From positions 60,140,001-60,204,000 of the forward strand of contig NC_135813.1 in NCBI RefSeq assembly GCF_964213995.1: 64,000 nucleotides of DNA. The letters are read 5' to 3'. Each line of letters opens with the position of its first letter. The first letter of the stretch is position 1. The translations under genes and the position numbers were made by a program. Shown here one piece after another: positions 37,113 to 50,589 of the stretch. Origin of the DNA: Mustelus asterias. Taxonomy: Eukaryota. Under the pieces are notes generated by a model. It had not been told where the DNA came from. It did no database searches and saw only the letters and a list, made by a program, of their open reading frames with translations.

Positions 37113-38039
37113 ATGTGATCACGACAAGGTAAAACTTTAGCGAATTTCCTGAATTTCCCAAAACCAGTAATACCCTATACCGCTACAATTATTTAAATTA
37201 TTGCTAATGTCATTCATGGAATATTGTGTGCAGGTTGGGACACCCTGCATCAAACGGCCTTTGATATATTGTAGAGAATTCAATAAAAAGCAGCGTAGAT
37301 GATGCCAAAGTGCGAAGCTCCCATTTATGAAGAATGACTTACCAAACGCAACTATCTTTAACGCAGCGAGGGCTCAGCAGACCCTCAAGGTTAAATTACA
37401 AAATCTCAGCAAGTATTGAAATTAGGCACATTTGTCAGTCGGAGAGCAGTGGATGGGGCCGATGTTCAACTTGCCTTCCTGGCACGAAACTAGCCTGGAT
37501 TTGAAATTAAATGGAAATTGACCGGTATGTATAATGCACGGCTGGTCCACAACGGCAATGTTACGCTCGCCCTGATTTAAGAAATAAAGCCCGGTGAAGA
37601 GTAAAATGCACCGTTGGTTAAAATTCAAAAGACGCTAACCTTTACGAAAAAATTTGGATGAATATGCGGTTAGAATTTAAAGAAAAAGTAAAGATCAAAG
37701 TGGTGAAATGTTTTATGGAAAACTTGGGTTCCTTAGTTACAGGAATTGAAGGAAGCAAGAAAATAAACTTGTCGATATATAGCATATTTTATAACCTTAG
37801 GTATACCAGCACACTTCACATTCAATCAAGTAATATTTATGCCACAGAAAGTACTCAATAATAATGCAACGACAGGAAGTTGTTATTTTGTAGATTTACC
37901 TGATTTGCTGAAATGGGTTAAGAAGAAATTTCTATGAACTTTTATTCAGGAGATTAAATGGATTGAATACCATCACATTGTTGTAGATTGTCAGTAAGGT
38001 CTGCAGGAAGGACAAGCTCAAACGAGGAAACGGTAAACC

Positions 38040-38385
38040 AGTGGTAATGCTGCTGCACTAATAATCCACTGGTCCAGACTAATGCCACGGGAACATGGGT
38101 TCAAATCCCACTATAGCGGCTTGTGGAATTGAAATTCAATTAGCTAGTCTCAGTTATGGTAACCATGAAACAATCATTGACTGTTGTAAGAGGCTATCTG
38201 GCTCACTTATATCCTTCAGAGAAGATAATCTGCCGTCCTTACCTAATTTTGTCTACATGTGACTCCAGGCTGACCCTTAGCTGCCCTCTGAAATGGCCAA
38301 GCAAACCATCTAGTTCATGGCCAATTAGAATGGGCAACAAATGCTGGCCCTACCAGTAGCATTCACATCCCATGAAAGAAAAGAT
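38040..38385 (+). mobile_element. Second tRNA-derived SINE family (L2/CR1-group tail)
   Basis: GTGGTAAT..GGTTCAAATCCC head; tail AAATGCTGGCC..CACATCCCATGAA. Other copies at about 24098-24990 (split by an LTR) and 40260-40575(-). Confidence 0.7.
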
Positions 38386-39700
38386 ACAAAGAACAAAGAA
38401 CAATACAGCACAGGAACAGGCCCTTCCGCCCTCCAAGCCTGCGCCGCTCATGTGCCCACTAGACCATTCTTTTGTATCCCTCTATTCCCAGTCTGTTCAT
38501 GTGGCTATCTAGATAAGTCTTAAACGATCCCAACATGTCCGCCTCAATCACCTTGCTTGGCAGTGCATTCCAGGCCCCCACCACCCTCTGTGTAAAATAC
38601 GTCCCCCTGACATCTGTGTTGAACCTTGCACCCCTCACCTTGAACCCGTGACCCCTTGTGTTCGTCACCTCTGACCTGGGAAAAAGCTTCCCACTGTTCA
38701 CCCTATCTATGCCCTTCATAATTTTATACACCTCTATTAGGTCGCCCCTCATCCTCCATCTTTCCAGGGAGAAGAAGCCCAGTTTACCCAATCTCTCCTC
38801 ATAGCTAAGACCCTCCATACCAGGCAACATCCTGGTAAACCTTCTCTGTACTCTCTCCAAAGCCTCCACATCCTTCTGGTAGTGTGGTGACCAGAACTGG
38901 ATGCAGTATTCTAAATGTGGCCTAACCATCGTTCTATACAGCTGCGACAGTGGCACGGTAGCACAGTGGTTAGCACTTCACAGTGCTTCACAGTGCTTCA
39001 CAGCTCCAGGGACCTGGGTTTGATTCCCGGCTTGGGTTATTGTCTGTGTGGAGTTTGCACATTCTCCTCGTGTCTGCGTGGGTTTCCTCCGGGTGCTCCG
39101 GTTTACTCCCACAGTCCAAAGATGTGCGGGTTAGGTTGATTGGCCATGCTAAAAATTGCCCTTAGTGTCCTGAGATGCGTAGGTTGGAGGGATTAGTGGG
39201 TAAATATGTAGGGATATGGGGCTAGGGCCTGGGTGGGATTGTGGTCGGTGCAGACTCGATGGGCCGAATGGCCTCTTTCTGTACTGTAGGGTTTCTATGA
39301 TTTCTATGAGAACATCATATGCCAACTTTTATATTCTATGCCCCGTCCAATAAAGGCAAGCACGCCATATGCCTTCTTCACCACCCTCTCCACCTGTGCT
39401 GCCACCTTTAAGGATCTGTGGACTTGTACACCCAGGTCCCTCTGTGTGTCTATACTCCTGATGGTTCTGCCATTTATTGTATAGCTCCCCCTTACATTAG
39501 ATCTACCAAAATGCATCACTTCGCATTTATCTGGATTAAATTCCATCTGCCATTTCCCCGCCCAATGTTCCAGCCTATCTATATCCTGCTGTATTCTCTG
39601 ATAACATTCATCACTATCCGCAACTCCAGCAATCTTCGTGTCATCCGCAAACTTACTGATCACACCAGTTACATCTTCCTCCAAATCATTTATATATATA
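38385..39700 (-). mobile_element. CR1 3' portion interrupted by a V-SINE
   Basis: ORFs 38459-38956 and 39304-39732 are contiguous CR1 RT once the SINE is removed. Confidence 0.9.
38950..39308 (+). mobile_element. V-SINE (HE1-like), young
   Basis: Full head, V-domain and tail; closely similar to 40795-41132(-). Confidence 0.9.
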
Positions 39701-39790
39701 TATAAAAACTGAATATCACTTTTTGAACACACCAGTTACATCTTCCTCCAAGTCATTTATATATATATCTAAACTGAATGTCACTTTTTG
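39661..39790 (+). repeat. Tandem duplication (about 67 bp x2) at a CR1 5' junction
   Basis: cacaccagttacatcttcctccaa.tcattta(ta)n..aaactgaat.tcactttttg occurs twice. Confidence 0.85.
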
Positions 39791-40794
39791 TTTTGTGTGC
39801 CCTTGTGCATATGAACATCAGGTAAAGGAGAAGTGTGCTTATTTATCTATCAGCAGATGACCTTTTGCCCCATAGAAAGGAACGGAAGAGGAGGAAAATT
39901 ATTCAGAGGGAAAAATAACTCATAAGTATTTTAGACTGAAAAGTCTTAACTTTAGATTGCAAGATAGGTGGCTGGTCAGAATAGCATTGGGATCGTCAAG
40001 TCTAGAGGGTGAAAGTCTTCACATTGCATGAGCTGAGACAGGGCAGAGACGTGTGATGCCATAAATGACTAAGTGGGCAGTCTTGTTACTGGCATGGCTA
40101 TGGGTCACAAAGCTCATCCCAGGTCAGATATGATTCCAATCTTGTGACTCATTTATCAGCCCCAGACAATTGCCAGAGGGTTGGAGTCAGTAACTAGGAA
40201 ATAAGGATTGTATTAGAGGCCAAAGATAATAGTATGATCTTTCCAATATTTAGAGGATTTTTTTTATTTGTTTATGGGATGTGGGCATCGCTGGCTGGGC
40301 CAGCATTTATTGCCCATCCCTGAGGGCAGTTAAGCATCAACCGCATTGCTGTGGGTCTGGAGTCACATGTAGGCCAGACCTAAAGGACACTGGTGAATCA
40401 GATGGGCTTTTCCGACAATAGTATTATGGTCATCATTAGACTTCTAGTTCAAGGTTTTTATTGAGTACAAATTTCACCATCTGCCATGGTGAGATTTGAA
40501 CCCAGGTCCCCAGAGCATTACTCTTGGTCTCTGGACTACTAGTCCAGTGACAATACCACTACTCCACTGCCTCTGCTCATACAGTACAGGGTGTCAGATA
40601 AACATTCTGATTAATCAAAGGTAGTGAGTAGGTCAAAAGGGGTCACACTGGATGTTATCAGCATCCATCTGAAACTTGGAATGATATTTTCTGATAATGT
40701 CACCAAGTGGAAACATTTAGTTAAGAAATGGAAAAGAGACAGGGATGGATTTTTGGTGAATGCCAGAAGTTACGATGCAGGACAGCAAGGGAAG

Positions 40795-41132
40795 CCATAG
40801 AAGCCCTACAGTACAGAAAGAGGCCATTTGGCCCATCGAGTCTGCACCGACCACAATCCCACCCAGGCCCTACCCCCATATCCCTACATATTTTACCCAC
40901 TAATCCCTCTAACCTACGCATCTCAGGACACTAAGGGGCAATTTTAGCATGGCCAATCAACCTAACCCGCACATCTTTGGACTGTGGGAGGAAACCGGAG
41001 CACCCGGAGGAAACCCACGCAGACACGAGGAGAACGTGCAAACTCCACACAGACAGTGACCCAAGCCGGGAATCGAACCCAGGTCCCTGGAGCTGTGAAG
41101 CAGCAGTGCTAACCACTGTGCTACCGCGCCGC
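40795..41132 (-). mobile_element. V-SINE (HE1-like), young
   Basis: Consensus-like full-length copy. Confidence 0.9.
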
Positions 41133-41527
41133 CATGCAGGTGATTCTCTGGCAAACACTAGAGAGGTAAAAATGGAACTAGGTGAAGGGCAGTCAGCTGG
41201 GTGATGCAGGAAAAGGAGTTGAAAGAGGAAAATCTGGCAAAGACTCAGGGAATCATGTGGAGTTGGAGCACAAGATCAACTGTGATCATATTGAATGGCA
41301 CAGCAGGCTTGACAGACTATATCGTCTTCTCCTGCCCTTCTCTTTTGTTCTTGCTATTTTAGGTGGTATAGGTCATGAATTTCAGAGGTACTATCAAAGA
41401 AGCTTTTGGAATTGCTAAAATGCATCTTGCAGATTGCATCAGTGTTAGAGGAGATAATGGGCCTGATTTTACCCATTTTGAGTCTCAGTGCCGAATCCGG
41501 GCGTCAAATAGATCCGCGCCTGAAATC

Positions 41528-41727
41528 NNNNNNNNNNNNNNNNNNNNNNNNNNNNNNNNNNNNNNNNNNNNNNNNNNNNNNNNNNNNNNNNNNNNNNNNN
41601 NNNNNNNNNNNNNNNNNNNNNNNNNNNNNNNNNNNNNNNNNNNNNNNNNNNNNNNNNNNNNNNNNNNNNNNNNNNNNNNNNNNNNNNNNNNNNNNNNNNN
41701 NNNNNNNNNNNNNNNNNNNNNNNNNNN
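41528..41727. other. Assembly gap (200 N)
   Basis: Run of N; the true distance across it is unknown. Confidence 1.
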
Positions 41728-43614
41728 GCACTTATTTATTGCTTAGTAATTTTATATCTCAGTTATATTTAGTAGATGACTTTAGATTGATTTCTGGTGA
41801 ATCTGTAAAAAGGTAGTCTTGCTTTTATTTATTGACGTGTTTATTTTAACATCCACTCCCCTATTATTATTTAAGCAACTAATTTAAACATTGTTTCCCT
41901 TTAGGATCCCTTTAATGCTGGAATCCACTGATTAATTTTGCTTTTGTCACTAGATAAAATGCTGAACTTTCCTTACCCGACTAGTGACAGGATGGGACTG
42001 GGAGGACTGGCAAAATATCTGAGGGAATCATAGAGAAGGGAGCCCAGCATCTTTGCCTTACCATGTCATAAAGCCAATGGCAAGAAACTGTTAATAATTT
42101 GGTTCACTCACATGGCCAATTAGGAGCTAGGTGCTTCCTGCAGAGATTTGCAGGTAAACCTGGGAGGCCTCCCAATGGATCCTGGGGGAGACCCTCTTTA
42201 ATGCACACTCCATGGTCTATGGAGGGGTGGGGGGTTGCCTGGCAGGAATGGCCACCCTTGTGGCAACAGTATTGTTGATGCTAAGCAAAATCCCCACCGA
42301 CCCCGGTCACCAGCATCTGACTACCAGGCCCCAACCTACCCACAGAAATCAATGATCTCTTTGATAGCACCTCACCATTGAGATGCCCACATCCTTGAGT
42401 TGCAGCCTCAACAATGTCCACTGCTAGTAATGGTGCTGAAGAGCTGCAGCTCTCTGATTGGGCCAGCCACTCTTGCGGTGGGCAATTGTCCTCAATTAGA
42501 TGCAGCCCCAGTGGCAACCTCTTATGCTGCCCCAGGTACTACATCTATAACAGCAAAGTCAGTTCCACTTTCGGCACTGGCAGAGGGACTTGCAGGGAAG
42601 GAGCAAATTTCAGCCCAGTTACTATCATTTATATTTATTCTCTTCTTTTGGTTTAAGTTACTTAGTTCCATTTTCCCCTTCAATGCCAAGTTTTCACTTA
42701 TACCAAATTCTAATCAATGCTGTTCCGTAGGTCACTTTGTTCAGTTACCTCAGTTCCATGCACACAGCTTAGCTAAACAAAAGAGAGTAGTGAGAGAACT
42801 GAGTGTGAATTTATCAGTTAATGAAATACAGGATCTGACAGAGATGATTGAAGATGGAATGGTAATTCAAGAGGATGGGTATTTTTCTTGTTAAATTTTA
42901 CAATGTGGCAACAATGGCAGGGAATGGAAACAGGTTGATGATATTGATGAGCATGGGTCAAAGATGGGTGTTGAGTTCAGCCTTTTTCTTGACACATTTT
43001 CCCTCCAGTTTTCAGTCGGACCAGTCCATAAACAGATGAAATTTCTCATGAGCTCAATGTTTTATTATTCATCAGTGTTTGGGTATTTGTGTATTTAATC
43101 TTAACCATCAACCCGGAATCACAGTACGTAATTTCCTGGAGAATATGTCTGAATGTCATTGTGTTCTCCTGTAACATCAGGTGAAAAATATCATAAATCA
43201 ATAAGCTCGACCGATATGTACCGGCTGAACGTATTTGGTCAATTTTATTTGTCCGTAAAATGGTTAGGGATCAAGTCAGATTTTTTAAAAAACAATTTCT
43301 ATCATACAGTTGTTTTTAGGTCTGTGTCGAAAATAGTTTTCTTCTCAATCTTACCTTTAAAAATTACCCCCAGTCCTACATTGAAAACTGGGTAGGGAGA
43401 TAAGAGAATATCACATCTGTGGCACTATCAAGCATGCCACTTGATTTATATGCAAAATGCAATATGCATAGTAACATAACTAATACAATGCAGATGCATC
43501 TCAGAACCCAATTTTCAATAAGTTACTTAAAAGAATTTCCAGAGATTGAAAACTTAAGGTAAGTTCAGTGAGGCTAGACTATAGGTTAATACAGTCAATA
43601 TCATTGCAGTCAGA

Positions 43615-43940
43615 ATCATAGAATCCCTACAGTGCAGAAGGAGGCCAGTTTGCCCCTTTGAGTCTGCACCGACAACAATCCCACCTAGGCCCTATCCCCG
43701 TAACCCCATATATTTACCCCACTAATCCTTCTAACCTATGCATCCTGGGGCTATAAGGGGTAATTTGCACCCAACCCACACATCTTTGGACTGTGGGAGG
43801 AAACTGGAGCATCCGGAAGAAACCCACACAGACATGGGAGAACATGCAAACTCCACACAGACAGTGACCCAAGCTGGGAATTGAACCCAGGTCCATGGAG
43901 CTGTGAGGTAGCAGTGCTAACCACTGTGCCACCATGCCGC
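43615..43940 (-). mobile_element. V-SINE
   Basis: Same family motifs. Further copies at about 44985-45280(-), 48918-49270(+), 50100-50432(-) and 55802-56112(+). Confidence 0.85.
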
Positions 43941-44169
43941 TCCAACTTATTTATAAGTTGAATTTTCTGGTAACCAACTGTGCAAAATGATGAAGAGTCC
44001 AGAAGATTAGTATTAGTGAATTAGAAGTTCATATAAAGGATTATATTGGGATTGGCAAAACCAAGCCTTTCCATGCTGGAGAAAATGTGTGTAAAATTAG
44101 CTTCTGTCCATTTTCTTAAATTCCACAAAACCATCCTTAACATTTAAACTATAAATGAAGCCCATACTC

Positions 44170-44915
44170 AGGTTAAGTGAGTGGGTGTAAAATTGGCAAA
44201 TGGAGTTCAATGTGGGAAAATGTGAGCTTGTTCATTTTGGGACAATCTCAAAATGAGATTTGTCTCATTTTGTTCATGAAACCCAGCATAAAGGTGCAGA
44301 ACGTAATAGGGAAGGCAAATGGAATGCTGGCCTTAATTTCAAGGGGGCTAGAGTATAAAAGTAAAGAGGTGATGCTGTAACTGTACCAGATATTAGTGAG
44401 GCCACATTTAAATATTGTGTACAGTTTTGGCCCCTTATTTAAGGAAAGATATATTATCATCGGAGGCAGTATAGAGGAGGTTTACAAGGATGATCCTGGC
44501 TATATGAGGAAAGATTAAACACGTTGGGTCTGTACTCCTTGGAGTTCAAAAGAATGAGAGGTGATATGTTTGAAACATATAAGATTCTTAGGGGGTTAGA
44601 CAGGGTAAATGTAGGAGTATGTTTCCACTCATGGGAGAGTGTCGGGTCAGAGGGCATATTCGCAGGATAAGGGGGTGCTCATTTATGATGGAATTGAGGA
44701 AGAATTTCTTCTCTCAAAGAGCGGTGAATCTTTGGAATTATTTACCCCAGGAAGCTGTGGAGGCCAAGTCCTCGAACATTTTCAATACTGACGGGAATTA
44801 AGGGTGACGGAGATGAGGCTGGAAAGTGCACACAGTGAGTGTCATATCAGCCATGATCTTATTAAATTGTGGAGAGGCTCGAAGGGCAAAATGGTCTAGT
44901 CTTGTTTCTATTTTC
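44170..44915 (+). mobile_element. CR1 3' fragment
   Basis: KANGMLALISRGLEYKSKEVML; RKNFFSQRAVNLWN. Confidence 0.85.
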
Positions 44916-46667
44916 CTATTTCTTATTGTCTTACACTCACTTGATCCTTTTCCTGTCCATGTCTTGCTATGCAATGTTTTAATAGTGAATCATAGAATCC
45001 CTACAACACAGAAGGAGGTCATTTGGCCCATCGAGTCTGCACCGACCACAATCCCACCCAGGTTCTATTCGCATAACCCCTCATATTTACCCTGCCATTC
45101 CCCCTGACACTAGGGTTGGTTTACCTAACCTGTACACCTTTGGACTGTGGGAGGAAACCAGAGCACCCGGAGGAAATCCACGCAGACACGGGGAGAACGT
45201 GCACAGGCAGTGATCCGAGGTCGGAATCGAACCCGGATGTCTGAGGCAGAAGTGCTAACCACTGTGCCACCATGCCACCACATGTAAAGTAGGAACTGAG
45301 GACTGAATTAAAATAACAAAAATAATGCTAAAAAATAATGCAAAGCGTTCATGCACTTCGATTTTATCAACTTTGCAAATGAACCTCTCATAGAAAACTG
45401 GTTCCTTTGAATGCAGAAGGGTCTTTTTTGGGAATACAATTATCTTAATTTTCTGAAGTTTTATTAAAACTAAAACCTGAAAACAGCCTTAAAAACTTTA
45501 CAATTGACTGACACGTCATTTTTACAAATAATAAGCAGAAATAGTGGAGTGAGATAGTAATGCAGCACAATATACTAAATGGCCTGTTTAAAAAGACAAA
45601 AAGTCAAACCCCTTGCACTTTTCTCAAGAAGCTTATGAAAATGCAATCTCTATTAGTAGGACACTTGAGAAATTAATCCTTGTAGGATTCCTACTGGTAT
45701 GTGCCAGCAATAAGCTGAGAGATTTGAAGACCCTTGGAAAAACTGAGTAAAGATGAAGGGGGTGATGTTCCTGGCTTGTCATGTCGATCAGCGTGGTAAG
45801 CCGGTAAGATTCCGAAAGAGGCGAAAAATCGGGTTCATGCCCGGTTTCTCGCCTCTCGTGATCTCACCGGCCCTGGATTGCCAGCATATCAACCCTGCAC
45901 TAAAAAATGTTTTAATCTATTTTTAAATATGATTAGTGAGCCTGGGACTCAATCGTCCAGGCTCACTTCCCTTAATGGCCTCACAGCTGAAGGTCCTCAC
46001 TGGCGAGGATTTCTTACGGACCCACCAATGGGGACCTGTTGTGATGGCCTCACCAGTTGGGCTGGAGGCCATTGAGACCTCCCCCAAGTGGTTGGGGGCA
46101 GGGTGCAGTGCCAGCCTGGAACCCTGGCCCACCCTCTGGGCAGTGCCAAGGGGTGCCGCCCAAGGGGAGGACGAGGGGTTTGAAGGGGCGAGGCCTAGGG
46201 GGAGGTTGGGGCTGCGCACTCTGCAGTCAGAGATTAGCCAGGGCAGCAATTAGCCAGGGTGGGGTATTGGGGCTGCAATCAGCCTGGGAGGCTAGCGACC
46301 AGCAAAAGGGGAGGGGGGGAAAAATGTCCAGGGGGGGTAGGGGACTGACAGATCTCAGTGTTCTATGTACACTTTGCAGAGAACACTGAGAGGTTGGCAT
46401 ATGTGCAATGACACCCTCTAGTTGTTAGCAGCTGCTTTACGGTGAGAATATACTCTGTCTGCTCCCTCTACTGGTGTGAATCATACTTTGCCTCTTTTTT
46501 GCACTATGTGGCATAAAATCGTGTCTGAAAGCTCGCTGAAAAATGGATGTGATTCTCTCCTGTTTTCATGCTTATTCAGCACTAAGAATCCTTTTGGTAA
46601 GATCTCCCCCCGAAGTATCAATAATTAAGTGATTAGTTGTCAGACAAATAGATAACATTTCTCAACA

Positions 46668-48320
46668 ATGTTGTCGAGGAGAATACTGAGATACAGGCTA
46701 TTAGACTAGATGGGATTGAGGTTCATAAGGAGGAGGTGTTAGCAATTCTGGAAAGTGTGAAAACAGATAAGTCCACTGGGCCAGATGGGATTTATCCTAG
46801 GATTCTCTGGGAAGCTAGGGAGGAGATTGCAGAGCCTTTGGCTTTGATCTTTATGTCGTCATTGTCTACAGGAATAGTGCCAGAAGACTGGAGGATAGCA
46901 AATGTTGTCTCCTTGTTCAAGAAGGGGAGTAGAGACAACCCTGGTAATTATAGACTCGTGAGCCTTACTTCTGTTGTGGGCAAAGTTTTGGAAAGGATTA
47001 TAAGAGATAGGATTTATAATCATCTAGAAAGGAATAATTTGATCAGGGATAGTCAACACGGTTTTGTGAAGGGTAGGTCGTGCCTCACAAACCTTATTGA
47101 GTTCTTTGAGAAGGTGACCAAAGAGGCGGATAAGGGTAAAATAGTTGATGTGGTGTATATGGATTTCAGTAAAGTGTTTGATAAGGTTCCCCACGGTAGG
47201 CTATTGCAGAAAATACGGAGGCATGGGATTGAGGGTGATTTAGCGGTTTGGGTCAGAAATTGGCTAGCTGTAAGAAGACAGAGGGTGGTGGTTGATGGGA
47301 AATGTTCATCCTGGAGTTCAGTTGCTAGTGGTGTACCGCAAGGATCTGTTTTGGGGCCACTGCTGTTTGTCATTTTTATAAATGACCTGGATGAGGGCGT
47401 AGAAGGATGGGTTAGTAAATTTGCGGATGACACTAAAGTCGGTGGAGTTGTGGACAGTGCAGAAGGATGTTGCAGGTTACAGAGGGACATAGATAAGCTG
47501 CAGAGCTGGGCTGAGAGGTGGCAAATGGAGTTTAATGCGGAAAAGTGAGAGGTGATTCACTTTGGAAGGAGTAACAGGAATACAGAGTACTGGGCTAACG
47601 GTAAGATACTTGGTAGTGTGGATGAGCAGAGAGATCTCGGTGTCCATGTGCATAGATCCCTGAAAGTTGACACCCAGGTTGATAGGGTTGTTAAGAAGGC
47701 GTACAGTGTGTTAGCTTTTATTGGTAGAGGGATTGAGTTTTGGAGCCTTGAGGTCATGTTGCAGCTGTACAAAACTCTGGTGCGGCCGCACTTGGAGTAT
47801 TGCGTACAGTTCTGGTCGCCGCATTATAGGACGGATGTGGAAGCATTGAAAAGGGTGAAGAGGAGATTTACCAGGATGTTGCCTGGTATGGTGGGAATGT
47901 CTTATGAGGAAAGGCTGAGGGAATGAGGCTGTTTTCGTTAGAGAGAAGGTGAAGAGGTGACTTAATAGAGGCATACAAGATGATCAGAGGATTCGATAGA
48001 GTGGACAGTGAGAGCCTTTTTCCTCAGATGGTGATGGCTAGCACAAGGGGACATAGCTTTAAATTGAGGGGTGATAGATATAGGACAGATGTCAGAGGTA
48101 GTTTCTTTACTCAGAGAGTAATAAGGGCGTGGAATGCCCTGCCTGCAACAGTAGTGGACTCGCCAACATTAAGGGCATTTAAATGGCCATTGGATAAACA
48201 TATGGATGATATTGGAATAGTGTAGGCTCGATGGGCTTTAGGTTGGTTTCACAGGTCGGCACAACATCGAGGGCCGAAGGACCTGTACTGCGCTGTAATG
48301 TTCTAATGTTCTAATTTCTA
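46668..48320 (+). mobile_element. CR1 LINE, 5'-truncated, young
   Basis: RT ORFs 46736-47548, 47552-47926 and 47980-48225; (TTCTAATG)n tail. Confidence 0.95.
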
Positions 48321-48327
48321 AACATCC

Positions 48328-48540
48328 ATGATGTGGAATTGCCGATGTTGGACTGGGGTTGGCACAGTAAGTAGTCTCAGAACACCAGGCTAAAGTCCAA
48401 TAGGTTTATTTGGTAGCACGAGCTTACGGAGCATTGCCCCTTCATCAGGTGACTCACCTGATAAAGGGGCAATGCTCTGAAAGCTCATGCTACAAAATAA
48501 ACCTGTTGGACTTTAACCTGGTGTTGTGAGACTACTTACT
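48328..48540. mobile_element. Penelope-like inverted terminal hairpin
   Basis: 175-bp palindrome 48366-48540 centred on ATCAGGTGA-C-TCACCTGAT; flanking direct repeat TCTAAACATC (48317 and 48542). Confidence 0.8.
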
Positions 48541-50589
48541 ATCTAAACATCAGTAGAAGTGGGAGAGCTGCACCTTCTGGGTTATGTGATAATGTTTTTG
48601 ACCCCTGATGATGACTAGGAAGTACAATTTAATCAATGCAAATACTTAACATTTCAACAAAATTTGCACTTTAACAAGGTAGCAAAATGTGCCAAGGCAT
48701 TTTATAGGAGCACTATCAGCTAAAAATTGACATTGCGCCATGTGAGATGAGATTAGGACTTGTAACTAGAGGCTCTTTCAAATAAATAGGTGCAACATTT
48801 CTAATGAACCTGCCACCTATCAATGAAACTATCTTAACAAGGCCCCTTTTCTAGCTGCTTATCATCAAGATGTTTTTTATGGCAAGGTAAAGTTGAAGTT
48901 GACCCCGAGTGGTCAAGACAGCAGCACGTTGACACAGTGGTTAGCACTGCTGCCTCACAACATCAGGAACCCGGGTTCAATTCCAGCCTGGATGACTGTT
49001 TGTCTGGTGTTTGCACATTCTCCTGGTGTCTGTGTGCATTTCCTCCAGGTGCTCTGGTTTCCTCCCACAATCCAAAGATGTGCAAGTTAGGTAGATTCAT
49101 CATGATCAGTTGCCCTTTAGTGTCCCAAGATGTGTAGGTTAGATGGATTAGCCATGGCAAGTGCATGGTGAAATGGGGTTAGGGTGGGGAGGGGAGGGGT
49201 GGCTGGTAACATGTTGAGTTGATGCAGAATCAATGGACTTAATGGCATCCTTCTGCACTATAGGAATTCTAAGACAGAAGGTAGTGGATTCATGGACAAG
49301 GTGAGGGAAACATGACCTAGGGTTGAGGAAAAGTTTTGGAAAATTGTTCATCAAGAGGAAAGGGAGGAGGCTTAGGGATGTTGGAAGGCTGGGATAATTG
49401 ATGAGCACCGGAGAGGAATTCCTTCCCTCTTATATACATAAAACAGAATTCCTTTCCCTTTCCAGAGATGATTTTTAAGTGTACAAACACACACACACAT
49501 ACACAGTTCCCCGAGAAAGAATTAGCACCATATATTGAGGTAGTAAATTTGGAAATGCTTTGCATCTATCAGCAGCTTTTATTTTCCAGTACTTTGCTCT
49601 TGACTTGGTTTGCTCTTGTCTTGACAGGATTAGGAAGTGAAAAAACCACATGGGCTAACCGACCAAAATGGCAAGCAGTGATAGCTTGGCTGTTGCTGCC
49701 CTCTGGTGGATAAAGTGTCAAGATCTGCCACTGCTATCATTCAATTCTACTATGTTTAATGCCAGCGAGGTCATAAAACTTTAAAGTTTTAAAAATAAAT
49801 CTCAGTGCTATCAAGCGGCATTTACTCAGTAACATCCTGCTCACTTGATGCTCAATTTTCGTTCCATCAGGATCATTCAACTCCAAATCTCATCAAAGAT
49901 GTGATCCAAGCATGGACGAAGAGCTGAATTCGAGCTGAGGTGAGAGTCACTGCCCTTGACATTGAGGCAGTATTTAACACTGAGCGTGGCATCAAGGAGT
50001 CTGAGCAAAATTGAAATCAGTGAGAGAATAGGGAAAGAGGGTGGGATTTCGAGTGGAATTTGCGGAGGTGGGGGTGGAGATACATGCCATTGGTTGGAGT
50101 CATAGAATAGAATCATAGAATCTCTACAGAGCAGAAGGAGGCCATTCGGCCCATCGAGTCTGCACCAACCACAATCCCACCCAGGCCCTATTCCCGTAAC
50201 CTCACATATTTACCCTGCTAATCTCCTGACAATAGGATCAATTTAGCATGGCTAATCCCACCTAACCCACACATCTTTGGGCTGTGGGAGGAAACCGGAG
50301 CACCTAGAGGAAACCAACACAGACACAGGGAGAACATGCAGATTCCATCCAGACAGTGATCCAAGGCTGGAATTGAACCCGGTTTCTTGGCGTTGTGAGG
50401 CAGCATGCTAACCGCTGTGCCACCATACTGCCCCACCCCCACCCCCCGTCATACCTAACACAAAGAAAAGTGGTATTTGAAGGCCGATCATTTCAGCTCC
50501 AATACATCACTATAAGAGTTCCTCACAGCAATGTCTTAAGCCAAATCATCCTCAGCTGCTTCATCAATAACCTTCGCTCCAACATACAA

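Noticed and set aside
38950-39030. tRNA-like A/B boxes
   Set aside because: SINE heads continuing into the V-domain and LINE tail; not tRNA genes.
41375-41816. ORFs spanning 41.4-41.8 kb
   Set aside because: Artefacts of translating through the N gap.
42281-46389. GC-rich ORFs at 42.3-42.9 kb and 45.9-46.4 kb
   Set aside because: No recognisable domain or splice structure; they resemble internal parts of non-autonomous DNA transposons.
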